In this document: piece after piece, positions 41,960 through 53,884 of the stretch
Numbering within the stretch: position 1 is the first letter of the stretch
Layout: each line of letters starts with the position of its first letter
Source: an uncultured delta proteobacterium
GTDB lineage: Bacteria > Desulfobacterota > Desulfobacteria > Desulfobacterales > Desulfatirhabdiaceae
DNA length: 64,000 nt
Reading direction: 5' to 3'
NCBI GenBank assembly: GCA_963789395.1
Contig: CAWBKP010000014.1
Span: 1 to 64,000, forward strand
The notes under the pieces: generated by a model
Databases searched by the model: none
Told to the model about the DNA's origin: nothing
The model's input: only the letters and a program-made list of their open reading frames with translations
Made by a program: the position numbers and the translations under genes

Positions 41960-43204
41960 ATGGCGAAAAAAGAAGATACGACAGACAATCTATTCTGCTC
42001 TTTCTGCGGAAAAAACCAAAAAGAAGTGGCCAAGTTGATTGCGGGTCCCGCTGTGTATATCTGTGATGAATGCATCCAGTTGTGCAGCGAAATCATTGAG
42101 GAAGAAACCGAGCAAAACGCCGCTTCCCAACAGCGCACTTTGGTGCCCAAACAGATCAAGGAAATGCTCGATGATTATGTCATTGAACAGGACCGGGCCA
42201 AGAAAATCCTTGCTGTGGCGGTTCACAATCATTACAAGCGGCTGGATTCTTTAATCAGCCAGAATGATGTGGAAATTCAAAAAAGCAATATCCTTCTGAT
42301 CGGGCCGACCGGAAGCGGGAAAACACTCCTGGCTCAGACCCTGGCCAGATTTTTGAATGTTCCGTTTACCATCGCCGATGCCACCAGCTTGACGGAAGCC
42401 GGTTATGTGGGAGAAGATGTCGAAAATATCATCTTGTCCCTGCTGCAGAATGCGGATTATGACCTGGACAAGGCCAAACGCGGTATCGTCTACATTGATG
42501 AAATCGATAAAATCGCTTCCAAGTCCGACAATCCTTCCATCACGCGCGATGTTTCCGGCGAGGGAGTTCAGCAGGCGCTTTTGAAAATCATCGAGGGAAC
42601 TACGGCAAGCGTTCCACCCAAAGGCGGCAGAAAACATCCCCAGCAGGACTTTGTAAAGGTGGACACGTCCAACATTTTGTTTATCTGCGGCGGAACGTTT
42701 AACGGACTTGAAAAGATTATTCAGCGCCGATTGGGATCCAATGTCATGGGCTTTGGATCCAAGATCGTCGAAAAATCGAATCTCAATGTCGGCGAATTGC
42801 TTAAAATGGTCCGGCCGGAGGATTTGATTAAATTCGGTCTGATCCCTGAGTTTCTCGGCAGACTCCCTGTGATCGCCACTCTGGATGAACTTACGGAAAG
42901 CTCGCTGATTCGCATTTTGAAAGAACCAAAAAATGCACTGGTCAAACAGTTTGCAAAATTGTTCGAGATGGAAGGCGTCAATTTGCGATTGACTGACAGT
43001 GCGCTATCAGCCATCGCCAGTGAGGCGCTTAAACGAAAATCAGGCGCAAGAGGTCTCAGGGCCATCCTGGAAAACTGCCTGCTTAACATCATGTATGAAA
43101 TTCCTTCTATTGAAGATGTTAAAGAATGTGTTATCAGTGAAGAAGTCGTCCTTAATAACGAAACGCCGATCCTGCTTTATGAACCGGTAAAAATACAGGC
43201 ATGA
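41960..43204 (+). CDS. clpX: Clp protease ATP-binding subunit
   Basis: CSFCGK zinc finger, [19 protein letters not shown]. Confidence 0.98.
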   Translation: MAKKEDTTDNLFCSFCGKNQKEVAKLIAGPAVYICDECIQLCSEIIEEETEQNAASQQRTLVPKQIKEMLDDYVIEQDRAKKILAVAVHNHYKRLDSLISQNDVEIQKSNILLIGPTGSGKTLLAQTLARFLNVPFTIADATSLTEAGYVGEDVENIILSLLQNADYDLDKAKRGIVYIDEIDKIASKSDNPSITRDVSGEGVQQALLKIIEGTTASVPPKGGRKHPQQDFVKVDTSNILFICGGTFNGLEKIIQRRLGSNVMGFGSKIVEKSNLNVGELLKMVRPEDLIKFGLIPEFLGRLPVIATLDELTESSLIRILKEPKNALVKQFAKLFEMEGVNLRLTDSALSAIASEALKRKSGARGLRAILENCLLNIMYEIPSIEDVKECVISEEVVLNNETPILLYEPVKIQA

Positions 43205-43217
43205 TGGTTTACCCATA

Positions 43218-45662
43218 ATGATTAATTTATCAAAGAAATTCAGACAAGAGGACACGCCTCCCGGGGTTGCCCGGATGCCATTGCTGCCCCTGAGGGATAT
43301 CGTGGTTTTTCCTCACATGGTCGCTCCGCTGTTTGTTGGCAGATCCAAATCCGTCAAAGCCCTGGCAGACGCCATGAACAACGAGAAAAATGTTTTTCTG
43401 GCAACCCAAAAGAAAATCAGTGAAGAAAATCCGGACATCAATGATATCAGCCTGATTGGCACCATCGGAAAAGTTTTGCAGCTTCTGCGCCTTCCCGATG
43501 GCACGGTAAAGGCCCTGGTTGAGGGCAAATCCAGGGCACGAATCAGACAATTCGTCCATCAGGAAGATTTTTTTCAGGTTGAAATAGAGCCCATCACAGA
43601 AGACTACGTTGAAGATGCCGAATGTCTTGCGTTGGGAAGAGCGATTGTTAACAGTTTTCAAGAATACGCCGATCTTACCAAAAACATTTCCAAGGAACTC
43701 CTGAGCACTGTATCCGCCATTTCCAACCTTTCTCAGTTGTCCGACACTGTCTCTGCCCATTTTTCATTCAAGATCGAGAGCAAGCAGCACCTGCTGGAAG
43801 CCGATTCCCTGAACGAGCGGCTCACGCTTTTACTGAGCCTGATCAAGATGGAAATCGATGCCTATCAGATGGATCAGCGGATCAAGAACCGGGTCAAGGA
43901 TCAAATGGAAAAGACCCAGAAAAGCTACTATCTGAATGAACAAATGCGTGCCATCAAAAAGGAAATGGGTGCTGAAGAGGACGCTGGGGATGATCTCAAA
44001 GAGCTTGAAAGTCATATTCAGCAGAAAAAAATGTCCAAGGAAGCCACTGAAAAGGCCCTTCATGAATTCAAGAAGCTGAAGATGATGGCGCCGATGTCGG
44101 CTGAAGCCACTGTTATTCGAAACTACATTGACTGGATGACCAGCCTTCCCTGGTTTGAGCAGACCGAAGTTCAGGAGGATCAATTTGAAGCTGAAAAAAT
44201 CCTGAACGAAGACCATTACGGCCTGGAAAAGCCAAAAGAGCGCATTCTGGAATATCTGGCTGTTCAAACCCTGGTGAAAAAAGTGCGCGGCCCCATATTG
44301 TGCTTTGTCGGCCCGCCTGGCGTCGGAAAAACCTCTCTGGCCAAATCCATCTCTCGGGCAACCGGCAGAAAATACATTCGCCTTTCCCTGGGAGGGGTCA
44401 GAGACGAGGCCGAAATCCGCGGCCATCGCAGAACCTATATCGGAGCCATGCCCGGAAAAATCATTCAGTCCCTGAAAAAAGCCGGGGTCAACAATCCGGT
44501 TTTCTGCCTGGATGAAGTGGACAAGATGAGCATGGATTTCAGGGGAGATCCCTCGGCAGCGCTGCTGGAAGTCCTGGATCCCGAGCAGAATTCAGCATTT
44601 AACGACCATTATCTGGATGTGGATTACGATTTGTCGGACATCCTTTTTGTAACGACCGCCAATACCCTTCCGGACATTCCGCTCCCCCTTCAGGACCGCA
44701 TGGAAATCATCAAATTGTCCGGTTATACCGAATACGAAAAATATCATATTGCCAGAGATTTTCTGATCGCCAAACAGCTCCAGCAAAACGGACTAAAAGA
44801 AAAAACCGTCGAATTCACCAAAAACGCCATTTTAACCCTGATTCAACGCTATACCCGTGAAGCAGGTGTCAGAAACCTCGAGCGGGAAATTGCTTCCATC
44901 TGCAGAAAGATCGCCCGTGAACTTGTCAAAAACAAAACCCTTGACGCCATCACTGTCAATGCACGCTCGGTCCAGAAATATCTTGGCCCGCCGAAACATC
45001 GCCATGGCCTGATTGAGGAAAAGGATCAGATCGGGCTCGTGACCGGACTGGCATGGACTCAGGTAGGCGGTGAGTTGCTCGGCATCGAAACCCTGATCAT
45101 GCCGGGCAAGGGGGAACAGATCGTCACCGGCAAACTGGGAGATGTCATGAAAGAATCCGCCCAGGCAGCTGTCAGTTATGTCCGCTCCCGCGCAGATCAT
45201 CTGATGATCGATAAAGACTTTCACAAACAATTCGATATTCACATTCATATTCCGGAAGGGGCCATCCCCAAAGACGGTCCATCAGCCGGAATTTCCATGT
45301 GCACATCCATTGTCTCGGCGTTAACCCGAAGACCGGTTGATCGCACCATAGCCATGACCGGTGAAATTACGCTGAGGGGCCGTGTTCTTCCCGTCGGGGG
45401 CATTAAAGAAAAGATTTTGGCGGCCCATCGCGGCGGCATTAAGAAAATTATTCTCCCAAAAGAAAATGAGAAGGACTTAAAAGACATTCCCGAAAGCATC
45501 GCCAAGCAATTGGCTTTTATTCCTGTGGAACACATGGATGAAGTCCTTACCCATGCATTGATTTTGGAGCCGGGAAGCCGATTGTTCAATGGGGATGATC
45601 TGACTTTTGACATCATTGGCCGGCAATCGGAGGATATTCATCAAATTCATCCGCTGGTTTGA
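43218..45662 (+). CDS. lon: ATP-dependent Lon protease (copy 2, canonical position after clpX)
   Basis: [27 protein letters not shown]. Confidence 0.97.
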   Translation: MINLSKKFRQEDTPPGVARMPLLPLRDIVVFPHMVAPLFVGRSKSVKALADAMNNEKNVFLATQKKISEENPDINDISLIGTIGKVLQLLRLPDGTVKALVEGKSRARIRQFVHQEDFFQVEIEPITEDYVEDAECLALGRAIVNSFQEYADLTKNISKELLSTVSAISNLSQLSDTVSAHFSFKIESKQHLLEADSLNERLTLLLSLIKMEIDAYQMDQRIKNRVKDQMEKTQKSYYLNEQMRAIKKEMGAEEDAGDDLKELESHIQQKKMSKEATEKALHEFKKLKMMAPMSAEATVIRNYIDWMTSLPWFEQTEVQEDQFEAEKILNEDHYGLEKPKERILEYLAVQTLVKKVRGPILCFVGPPGVGKTSLAKSISRATGRKYIRLSLGGVRDEAEIRGHRRTYIGAMPGKIIQSLKKAGVNNPVFCLDEVDKMSMDFRGDPSAALLEVLDPEQNSAFNDHYLDVDYDLSDILFVTTANTLPDIPLPLQDRMEIIKLSGYTEYEKYHIARDFLIAKQLQQNGLKEKTVEFTKNAILTLIQRYTREAGVRNLEREIASICRKIARELVKNKTLDAITVNARSVQKYLGPPKHRHGLIEEKDQIGLVTGLAWTQVGGELLGIETLIMPGKGEQIVTGKLGDVMKESAQAAVSYVRSRADHLMIDKDFHKQFDIHIHIPEGAIPKDGPSAGISMCTSIVSALTRRPVDRTIAMTGEITLRGRVLPVGGIKEKILAAHRGGIKKIILPKENEKDLKDIPESIAKQLAFIPVEHMDEVLTHALILEPGSRLFNGDDLTFDIIGRQSEDIHQIHPLV

Positions 45663-45724
45663 TTTTTTACTTGACTCTCTTGGTAGTTTTTTATATAAGT
45701 TCAATCTCTTTGTGACTCAAAAAA

Positions 45725-45800
45725 GGGCGGGTAGCTCAGCTGGGAGAGCATCGGCCTTACAAGCCGAGGGCCACAGGTTCAAGCCCTGTTCCGCCTACCA
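45725..45800 (+). tRNA. tRNA-Val(TAC)
   Basis: gggcggg...tcggcctTACaagccga...ggttcaagccc...acca. Confidence 0.96.
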
Positions 45801-45846
45801 GATCAGTCATTAAACTGGCTCTGACGCGGTAAAATCACAAAGAAAC

Positions 45847-45924
45847 GGGGGCGTAGCTCAGTTCGGTTAGAGCGCCGGCCTGTCACGCCGGAGGTCGCGA
45901 GTTCGAGCCTCGTCGCTCCCGCCA
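45847..45924 (+). tRNA. tRNA-Asp(GTC)
   Basis: gggggcg...ccggcctGTCacgccgg...gttcgagcct...gcca. Confidence 0.96.
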
Positions 45925-45997
45925 CTTGATTACCAGAGGGGTTACACTTCGTTGTAATCCCTTTTTTCTTTGTTACTTAAATGAAAGGAAGGCATTC

Positions 45998-46204
45998 ATG
46001 GCAAACATCACCCCTCATTGCGAAGGCTGTGTGAAAATTAATGCCAATAACGACTGTTCTGTTTATCCCAATCCCGCATTTATGATGCGGTGGGTGGATG
46101 ACAAGAAAATTAAAGTCGGTTGTGCATTCAATGCAGCCAAATTCTCCGCGGCAGCTTTAAAAGAGAAAGTCCGCGTCGGTCAGCAGAAACAGAAGAAAAA
46201 ATAA
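45998..46204 (+). CDS. Small cysteine-rich protein resembling the PxxKW family
   Basis: CEGC...CSVYPNP...W...GC and a basic tail KVRVGQQKQKKK; GGAAGG RBS. Confidence 0.7.
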   Translation: MANITPHCEGCVKINANNDCSVYPNPAFMMRWVDDKKIKVGCAFNAAKFSAAALKEKVRVGQQKQKKK

Positions 46205-46236
46205 CCGAATAACAGACACGCTCTGTTTTTCTCTAA

Positions 46237-46275
46237 TCCGGTGTAGTGGCATTATGCGAACGCCACTACACCGGA
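46237..46275. terminator. 14-bp stem hairpin
   Basis: tccggtgtagtggc-N11-gccactacaccgga. Confidence 0.6.
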
Positions 46276-46515
46276 CGTCCTCATTTCAATATCCCCGGCT
46301 TCAGTCCCTTCTTTTTTCGTATGATTTCACAATGTCGATATTATTGTTCTGAGCATCAATATTGTGCCTCCTTTCAATGATACAGCCATTTATGCGGATC
46401 TTGCCTTTTATTAAAATAGCTGATAAGCAAAGATGCCTGTTATTTTCTTTGCTTCGGCAAGAGATCATTTTATGGGCATCTTCGGTAAGCCTGCAATAGA
46501 GCCCATTGAGAGGTT

Positions 46516-47445
46516 ATGAAAATCTATTCTACACCCCGCATTGCAGTAATATGTGGACCAACCGGTGTCGGAAAAACCACGGCAGCCATTGAAATCGCCT
46601 CTGCGCTGGATGCTGAAATCATCAGTGCGGATTCCATGCAGGTATACCGGCACATGGACATCGGAACCGCCAAACCTTCCGCAATGGAAAAAGCCCGCAT
46701 TCCACACCATATGATCGATGTTGTTGACCCGGATGAACCTTTCGACGCACAGCGGTATGCGAATATGGGCCAGAGTCTCATTTTTCAGCTTGCCGAACAA
46801 GGCATCCCAGTTGTGGTCGCAGGCGGAACCGGATTTTATATCCGCGCGCTGATTCACGGATTGTTTGAATCCGGTACCGGAAATTCCGATATTCGGCATA
46901 ACCTGAAGAACGAGGCAGATACCAAGGGAACGGATGAACTCTATCAGCGCTTACGTCAATGTGATCCCAAAGCTGCGGAAAAAATTCACCCTCACGATGC
47001 GTTCCGTATTGTTCGCGCCCTTGAAATTTATGAAACAACGGGCCAACCCATTTCGGCCTGTCACCAGGAGCACCGGCAGGCAGCCCCGCTGTTTGACGTT
47101 CTTAAAATTGGACTTTTTCGCCAAAGAGACATACTATATGAACGGATTAACCGTCGCGTGGAGTTGATGGTGGAAGATGGGCTGGTGGATGAAGTCAAAA
47201 GCCTTTTGAAAAAAGGGTTTTCATCCGAGTTAAAACCCCTTCAATCCATTGGATACCGGCATATTACGGCTTTTCTTGAAGGGCGCCTTAGCTGGGATGA
47301 CACGCTTCAAACGCTGAAACAAGACACGCGGCGCTATGCCAAACGGCAACTGACCTGGTTTAATGCCGATTCACAAGTTAAATGGGTAAATGCGGATCAC
47401 CTGGATGAAATTACCAACACCATCAAAACGTTTATGTATTCGTGA
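46516..47445 (+). CDS. miaA: tRNA dimethylallyltransferase
   Basis: GPTGVGKT, SADSMQVY..MDIGTAKP, GGTGFY, TRRYAKRQLTW. Confidence 0.97.
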   Translation: MKIYSTPRIAVICGPTGVGKTTAAIEIASALDAEIISADSMQVYRHMDIGTAKPSAMEKARIPHHMIDVVDPDEPFDAQRYANMGQSLIFQLAEQGIPVVVAGGTGFYIRALIHGLFESGTGNSDIRHNLKNEADTKGTDELYQRLRQCDPKAAEKIHPHDAFRIVRALEIYETTGQPISACHQEHRQAAPLFDVLKIGLFRQRDILYERINRRVELMVEDGLVDEVKSLLKKGFSSELKPLQSIGYRHITAFLEGRLSWDDTLQTLKQDTRRYAKRQLTWFNADSQVKWVNADHLDEITNTIKTFMYS

Positions 47446-47464
47446 AAGGTTTCGTTTTCAAGAG

Positions 47465-49222
47465 ATGATGAACAGAAACCGCCATGCTTTCATTATTGCT
47501 GCTGTCTGGATCGCTATTTTCGGGATGGATTTTCTCGCTGCGGCATCAAGTGAAGGTTCAGCTGTGCCAGTTTCGCAGCCGACATTCAAGTCGCAGATCA
47601 TCAAAAGGCTCAAGTCCGATCATACGGATGTGGATACATCCGCCGCAACATTTCCTTCAATTTATTATCACGCCATCCTGTTGAATTTTTACGAGGAACA
47701 CGGTTTCAATCCATTATGGGCAATGGATACAGGTCCTACACCCCAGGCAGACCAGTTCATACGCAATATCGAAGAAGCAGGACTGGATGGACTGATAGCC
47801 GAAGACTATCATTTATCCAGGATAAAACTCCTGTTTGTGGATTTCAAACAATCGCTGTTGCAAAATCGGCCTTTTAATCCTGCAAACCAGGCGGATTTAG
47901 ACCTGTTGCTCACGGATGCTTTTTTGCTATTCAGCTCTCATCTGCTCTCAGGCAGGGTGATTCCCAATGCCGTGGATTCGACCTGGTTATTTTTCAATCC
48001 AGCATCTGATATTACGTTGATTCTGAATTCCAAAGCGTATTCAAACCGGATTGAATCTTTTTTCGATGGACTGCGCCCTGCAAACACTGCCTATTACCGG
48101 TTGCGAAATGCGCTTCAGCTTTATATCGGAATTCAGAAAAATGGCGGCTGGCCTGTCGTTCCTTCAGGACCGAGCCTGAGAATCGGAGATACCAATGATC
48201 GGGTAGATAAAATTCGAAAGCGCCTGATCGTAACTAAAGACATGGATGCGCCTGCACGCAATGTCAAACCCACAGAATTTGACGAATCTCTGATGAAGGG
48301 CGTTCAGCGGTTTCAGAATCGACACGGGATTGAGCCGGACGGTGTTGTGGGCATTGCAACCCTTGCGGCGATGAATGTTCCGGTTTCGGATCGCATCCGT
48401 CAGATAGAGCTGAATCTGGAACGGTGGCGCTGGATTCCCCGCGATCTGGGTTCCCGGTATATCCTTGTCAACATCGCCGATTACAGTCTGGTGGTTGTGG
48501 AGAATCAAACGACGGTTCTGGATATGCGGGTGGTTGTCGGAAAGGCGTATCGCCGAACGCCTGTTTTCAGCGATAAAATGAAATATCTGGTATTGAACCC
48601 ATTCTGGAATGTTCCGATAAAGATTGCCGTCGAGGACAAGCTCCCCATTATCCGGAAAAACCCGCTTTATTTAACCCAGCAGCACATCAAAGTATTTGAA
48701 AACTGGAGTGAGGACGCCCCCGAAATCAATCCGGTAGTCATCGACTGGCACCGGGTGAATTCCAATTATTTCCCCTACAGACTGAGACAGGATCCGGGTC
48801 CACTGAATGCCCTGGGCAGGATTAAATTCATGTTTCCCAATAAGTTCGCCATCTATCTTCATGACACGCCCCAACGCGGGTTATTCAAAAAGGCAACCCG
48901 AGATTTCAGCTCCGGCTGTATCCGCATAGAAAAGCCGTTTGAATTGGCGAAATACCTGCTGCAGAATGATCCGCAGTGGACCGACCAAAAGATCACGGAA
49001 ACTATCGAAAGCGGCGTAACGACCGTGGTGCGCATCAAGAATCCCATTCCGGTTCACCTCCTTTACTGGACGGCCTGGGTGACTGAAACCGGAACGGTCC
49101 ATTTTGGAAATGACATTTACGATCGGGATCCGCCGCTTTCACGGGCGCTTAAAGCATCGCTGAAGGACTCGTTCCATTATATTCCTACAGAAAACCCGCA
49201 GGGACTAAGAGCAGATAACTGA
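47465..49222 (+). CDS. L,D-transpeptidase, YcbB/LdtD family
   Basis: PG-binding FQNRHGIEPDGVVG, NLERWRW, NPFWNVP, IYLHDTP, SSGCIR. Confidence 0.92.
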   Translation: MMNRNRHAFIIAAVWIAIFGMDFLAAASSEGSAVPVSQPTFKSQIIKRLKSDHTDVDTSAATFPSIYYHAILLNFYEEHGFNPLWAMDTGPTPQADQFIRNIEEAGLDGLIAEDYHLSRIKLLFVDFKQSLLQNRPFNPANQADLDLLLTDAFLLFSSHLLSGRVIPNAVDSTWLFFNPASDITLILNSKAYSNRIESFFDGLRPANTAYYRLRNALQLYIGIQKNGGWPVVPSGPSLRIGDTNDRVDKIRKRLIVTKDMDAPARNVKPTEFDESLMKGVQRFQNRHGIEPDGVVGIATLAAMNVPVSDRIRQIELNLERWRWIPRDLGSRYILVNIADYSLVVVENQTTVLDMRVVVGKAYRRTPVFSDKMKYLVLNPFWNVPIKIAVEDKLPIIRKNPLYLTQQHIKVFENWSEDAPEINPVVIDWHRVNSNYFPYRLRQDPGPLNALGRIKFMFPNKFAIYLHDTPQRGLFKKATRDFSSGCIRIEKPFELAKYLLQNDPQWTDQKITETIESGVTTVVRIKNPIPVHLLYWTAWVTETGTVHFGNDIYDRDPPLSRALKASLKDSFHYIPTENPQGLRADN

Positions 49223-49272
49223 CAAGCGGGTCAATGCCGGAAGGCGGCATATTACCCGCAAGCCTGTCTTTT

Positions 49273-49831
49273 CTACCAGTACCGGATATCCCCCACGTCC
49301 ACATGAACGAAATTTTCTGAAGGGTAGTACCCGACCCCGCCTTGTTTGAGCGATACCGCAACCCGTCTTACCGCGGATATTTTTCGATCCGGCAAGCGGA
49401 TGTCAACGGCTTTTCCTTGGATATGCAGGCTGTTCTTGGCAACATTTCCGCTTTCCCTGCAAAGCAGGGCATTGGTTTCGGGAGTTCGGTATCCGGATAT
49501 GATGTGAAACGGGGATGAACGGGTTTCCAGCTTGAGGGATATACCATAAAGATAGTCAAGAAGATGGGGATCTATATTTTTGACGGCCCCCGTACGGTGA
49601 TCCCTGAATAAATAACTGACATCTTTCAGCGCTGCCGGGGAATACCGGCCTTTGGAAAAATAGGAAACGTCCAGCTTTTCACCGGTATGAAGATTTAAAA
49701 AATGCAGCGATTTGGATTGATTAATCTTTGCTTTTTTATCTTTTCTGACGAATCGCTGAAAAGGCTGTTTCCGGAACCATCCCCAGCAAAGCAGCCATTG
49801 CACCCATCTTCAAAAACCCTCTTCGGCTCAT
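49273..49831 (-). CDS. YcbK/MepK (DUF882, M15) peptidoglycan endopeptidase; frameshift after the Tat signal
   Basis: MSRRGFLK signal; IISGYRT, SLHIQGKAVD, GVGYYP..FVHVDVG. Confidence 0.88.
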
Positions 49832-49980
49832 ATGAAAAGTGCCATCTGCCGGCGTTTTGGCAAATAATGAAAAGATAGAGCCACCTCCTTTACGGTATTT
49901 TCTACAGAGATTTTCGTGCTGACTACATAGATAATAATACCTGCTTTTGTCAACCCATTTTTATTCATCCATGGCGCAAG

Positions 49981-50547
49981 CTATGCGCGAGACATGAACT
50001 TTCCGGTTTCTGTATTGACTTTGACCAGTTCTCCGGCTTCCATATATTCAGGAACCTGGACAACAACCCCATTTGAAAGCGTTGCGGGCTTGTTTCTTCC
50101 GGTAGCCGTCGCCCCCTTGATGGCAGGAGCGGTCTCCGCAATTTTCAGGTGAACGGACTGAGGAAGCTCGATACTGATGATGATTCCATCATTCAGCAGG
50201 GCGGTAATGCCTTCCAGGTTGTCTACCAGCCAGACGGACTGGTCCTCAAGCGATTCCTCTCCCAGGGTATACTGATTGTAGTCCTCGGTATCCATAAACG
50301 TGTAAAGACTGCCGTCTTTAAAAATGTACTGAACCGGTCTTCGACTTAATTCGACATCCTCCAGCGTATCGTTTCCCTTAAAAGATTGGTCCAGCTTCTG
50401 GCCGTTCTGAACATTCATCAACCGAACCTTGTACAGCGTCAGCGCCCCCCGCGCGGAAGGGGTTTTCACGTCAATATGTTTGACCATATAAATCTGTTGA
50501 TTTATGGTCACGACATTGCCTTTTTTTAAATTGGATGCTTTCAGCAT
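49981..50547 (-). CDS. efpL: Elongation factor P-like protein EfpL (YeiP)
   Basis: TPSARGALTLYK loop; KGATATGRNKPA; VQVPEY; FMSRA. Confidence 0.9.
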   Translation of the reverse strand: MLKASNLKKGNVVTINQQIYMVKHIDVKTPSARGALTLYKVRLMNVQNGQKLDQSFKGNDTLEDVELSRRPVQYIFKDGSLYTFMDTEDYNQYTLGEESLEDQSVWLVDNLEGITALLNDGIIISIELPQSVHLKIAETAPAIKGATATGRNKPATLSNGVVVQVPEYMEAGELVKVNTETGKFMSRA

Positions 50548-50834
50548 GGTAACGCATTGCTCCCTGAATTCATTTTTATCTGACGCCCGTCGGCAGGGCC
50601 GCGAAAAAAGCTTATAGGACGCCAGCCACAAAGGCCGGGATCGGAATTATCCCGATACAGTGTCCTCACCACAGAAGCTACAACGTCTCTGCTAACACAC
50701 ATTGCGATACAAGACAATGCTTTCGGGCGATCGCAAATCCGTCAAGCCATTGACACAAGGTCATTCTGAATCCAGTTCTTCCATTATTTTTCTTGGAAAA
50801 CCATGCGTGCCAGACAGTGAAACGACCGTCATCC

Positions 50835-51737
50835 TTACCCCATCAGCCTGTATATTTTCTCGGGAATCGGCAACTGACAATCATTTAGGATCACACCAAT
50901 GGAGGTGACGCCAAATTTCCGAAGCTTTTCAACGGCCCGTCTGCTGACTTCCCGCCGGGAGTAACCATAGCGGCATACCAGCGCCGTCATGTCCGTCACC
51001 CTTGCAAATTCGATCATGATAGGGCTTAAGGTCAAAGGCTGTCCATCAATGATTGTCAGGTCGAAATTTTCTCGACAATAGCCGATCAGGGTTTCAATCA
51101 GCTCACGAGATGGAGGATTGACGCCGACGTTTGTTGCATTTTCTCCGGTGCCTGAAGGCAGGAAAAAAAGTCCAGGATATTGGCTCCGCACGATGAGGGA
51201 TGAAAGTTCTTTTTTTCCGGACACAAAAAAATCAAGGCCGGGAAGGTTTTGAATAGTGGGAATGGCGGCATGGTTCAGGTTGGTGTCCATGTAAAGAATT
51301 TTCATTTTGTATTCTTTGGATAAAAACAGGGACAGAAAATAGGAAAAAAAAGTGCTTCCTTCTTTTCGAATTGCGCCGGCAACCAGCAGTGTCTCCACTT
51401 TTTGTTGGGTCGCCACCGTCATATTCGCCCAGATATCCGAGAGCTGATGGCGCATTTTCTGAAGCTTTTCAGGATAAGGATTGGCATGAATATCGAATGG
51501 CCTCAGTGAGTTGACTTGCGAATTGATCGGCTCGGAAGAAGCGCATTGCCCTCGGTTGATCTGATAATACACTTCTTCGAATGATTTGGCAGAAACCGAA
51601 GCTGTCTGATGGTGATGAGAATCGGGCAAATGCTGCTGCATATGCTGGCTGAAGAGACGATTATCAGCTTGCGGCGTTGTTGAAACGATCTGGCTTTCTT
51701 TATGTCTGAAATACGCTTCTTCCCACACATTCATCAT
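50835..51737 (-). CDS. CpsD/CapB (BY-kinase)-like protein with degenerate motifs
   Basis: Fold-typical LFFLPSG, FDLTIID and GVILN, but Walker A reads KEGST. Confidence 0.7.
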   Translation of the reverse strand: MMNVWEEAYFRHKESQIVSTTPQADNRLFSQHMQQHLPDSHHHQTASVSAKSFEEVYYQINRGQCASSEPINSQVNSLRPFDIHANPYPEKLQKMRHQLSDIWANMTVATQQKVETLLVAGAIRKEGSTFFSYFLSLFLSKEYKMKILYMDTNLNHAAIPTIQNLPGLDFFVSGKKELSSLIVRSQYPGLFFLPSGTGENATNVGVNPPSRELIETLIGYCRENFDLTIIDGQPLTLSPIMIEFARVTDMTALVCRYGYSRREVSRRAVEKLRKFGVTSIGVILNDCQLPIPEKIYRLMG

Positions 51738-51826
51738 GATGCCTGTTCCCGATATCTATGCTTGGATGAAAGCATGCTTTATGTTTAACCAGATGCCATA
51801 GCGTACAGCATTCACATGCGAATATG

Positions 51827-53685
51827 TCACCGCTTAACAATCTGATTTCTGAATCCATTTTTCAGAAGATTCTTATGCTCAGCTTCAGCTTCTGATTTTC
51901 GCTCATATGCCCCGACATACAACTGAAACCGGTCTTTTCCTTTTTGAATCACATAGGGAAAATAATCGGACTGTTTTAATCTGTCAAACATGCTCATAAG
52001 TTCTGTTTCAGAAACGATTCCTTCAAGTTGACAGGCGTATTCGGTTTTTTGCACCGTCACGCCGGACAGGTTATACAGCGTTTTAATTTTTTTTGCTTCA
52101 TCATCGGTTGGATAAAATCCGATATATACCCGCCACCAAACCCCCAGATCCCCCAGGTCCACTTTTACAAGATAAGGGGTCAGTCCCATCTGCCTGATCT
52201 CGGCAAGCTCCTGTTCAGCCCGGTGACGGGTGCTGATAGCTGGAAGATCTCAGCGAATACGGAAAAAAATCGGGTTCGGTGCTTTCCGGGAATAAGCGCT
52301 TGCGTTTTCTGAGGCAATTGGCTGTCCGTACTGGAAATCTCTGTTGATAACGGCGCAGCGGCACCTGGCGTCACGGCCCCTGCGTGTTCCGCCGGAGGAA
52401 ATGCGTCAACAACAGCTTTCGGATCCTTTTCATTCGGCGGAGATGGCACTTCTTTATTTGATCCTTCAGGCTGAGCCGAAATATTTCCTGGAACAGTCTG
52501 AACGGGTCGGGCATCCACTTGCGCCGGCATAGGACTCTGGGAAATCACCTGATGTTTTTCAGGCCAGTCGCCAGGGGAAAAAACCGCGGGCAGCTTGGCA
52601 TCTTTAAAAAAAAGCTGCGATATTACGGCTCCTGCCGACATCAAGAGCAACACCGCCGCAGTCGTCATCGCAATCTGTCCAATCCTTTTGCCAAATCCGG
52701 GTGCTTTGTCGCGAACTGCTTCGGATTGCCCTTCTTCACTTTCAACCTGCATCGCCGGCAGTGAATCTTGCTGCGCGACATCATTGTCCGTCGGAACCAG
52801 CTCGGCAATGGCAGTGCCCTCTTCTTTTCCAGCGGTTGTTTCTGGAACCAAATCGCTTTCTGATCCGGTTCCCGCAAGACTGCCTTCAACCATGGCAACC
52901 GCTTGCTCCACAACCGGAAGGGAAATGACCGTTAATTCCTTCGAAGCACCTAACAGCAGGCAGGTATCACAAATGTTATTAATAAGTCGGGGAACCCCGC
53001 CACTGGATGTAAAAATCTGATGCAGTGATTCTTCGGAAAATGCGGGAATACCTGTTGCTCCGGATTTAAGTAACCGAAAATAAATATAATTTTTTGTTTC
53101 ATCGAAATTAAACCGCGATAGATGATACCGTCGTTTAATGCGCTGGTTGAGAGAACTCAGGGCAGGAGTCTTCAACTCTTCCAGGAATGAGGGATGCGCC
53201 ACAAAAATGATACTCACCGGAAAAAATCCATTATGGTTGAATGTGGATAACTGCCTCAGATAAGTCAGGGTTTCCTGGTCAAGCTCCTGGGCATCATCAA
53301 TAATCAGATAAAACCGCGTATTTTCGTCATGGGTCCGGAAATAATCATAAATCACACTCTGAAGGATAGAGACGTCTTCAGGCATCGCGGAAATCCCCAA
53401 GCTGGAAGCGATTCTTCGCAGAATTCCGCCATAGCCCTCATTTGGCGTTGCGATGTATTCGACAGGGGTCTTTCCCTTCTTGCTTAAGACTTGAATCAGC
53501 CTGAGGCAGAGCAGGGTCTTGCCCATTCCATATTCACCAGTCAGCACCAGATAGGGTTCCTGAGTATCCATGCTGTAAAGCAGGTAATACCAGGCTTCCT
53601 TATGCGTATTGGAAATAAAGATGATGCCGGGATCCGGGTGGGTTTTAAAGGGCTCTGTTTTTAGCTGGTAAAAATCCTTATACAT
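51827..53685 (-). CDS. ExeA/GspA-type AAA ATPase with C-terminal SPOR domains; frameshifts near 52200-52270
   Basis: FYQLKTEPF..PDP, GEYGMGKT, LIIDDAQ, GGVPRLINNIC; SPOR-like WWRVYIG and QLYVGAY. Confidence 0.85.
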
Positions 53686-53884
53686 GGCCGTGCAGTATCC
53701 TTATGGGTGACAAAGATTCAAGCCCGATTGCAGAGAACGCCTATATAAATCGTCGGATAGCATGTAAACCATATCAATACCCCCTGAAAACAAAAAAGAA
53801 ACAACATACAAAATCAAATACAGCGCAGGCATGCCCAGCATACCGGAATCGATACTGCGGCAGAATCGGAGCCGTGTTGATTTG

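Noticed and set aside
53690..53884. Small hydrophobic ORF between the GumC-like and ExeA-like genes
   Set aside because: There is no clear RBS or family motif; it may be a remnant of a deleted gene
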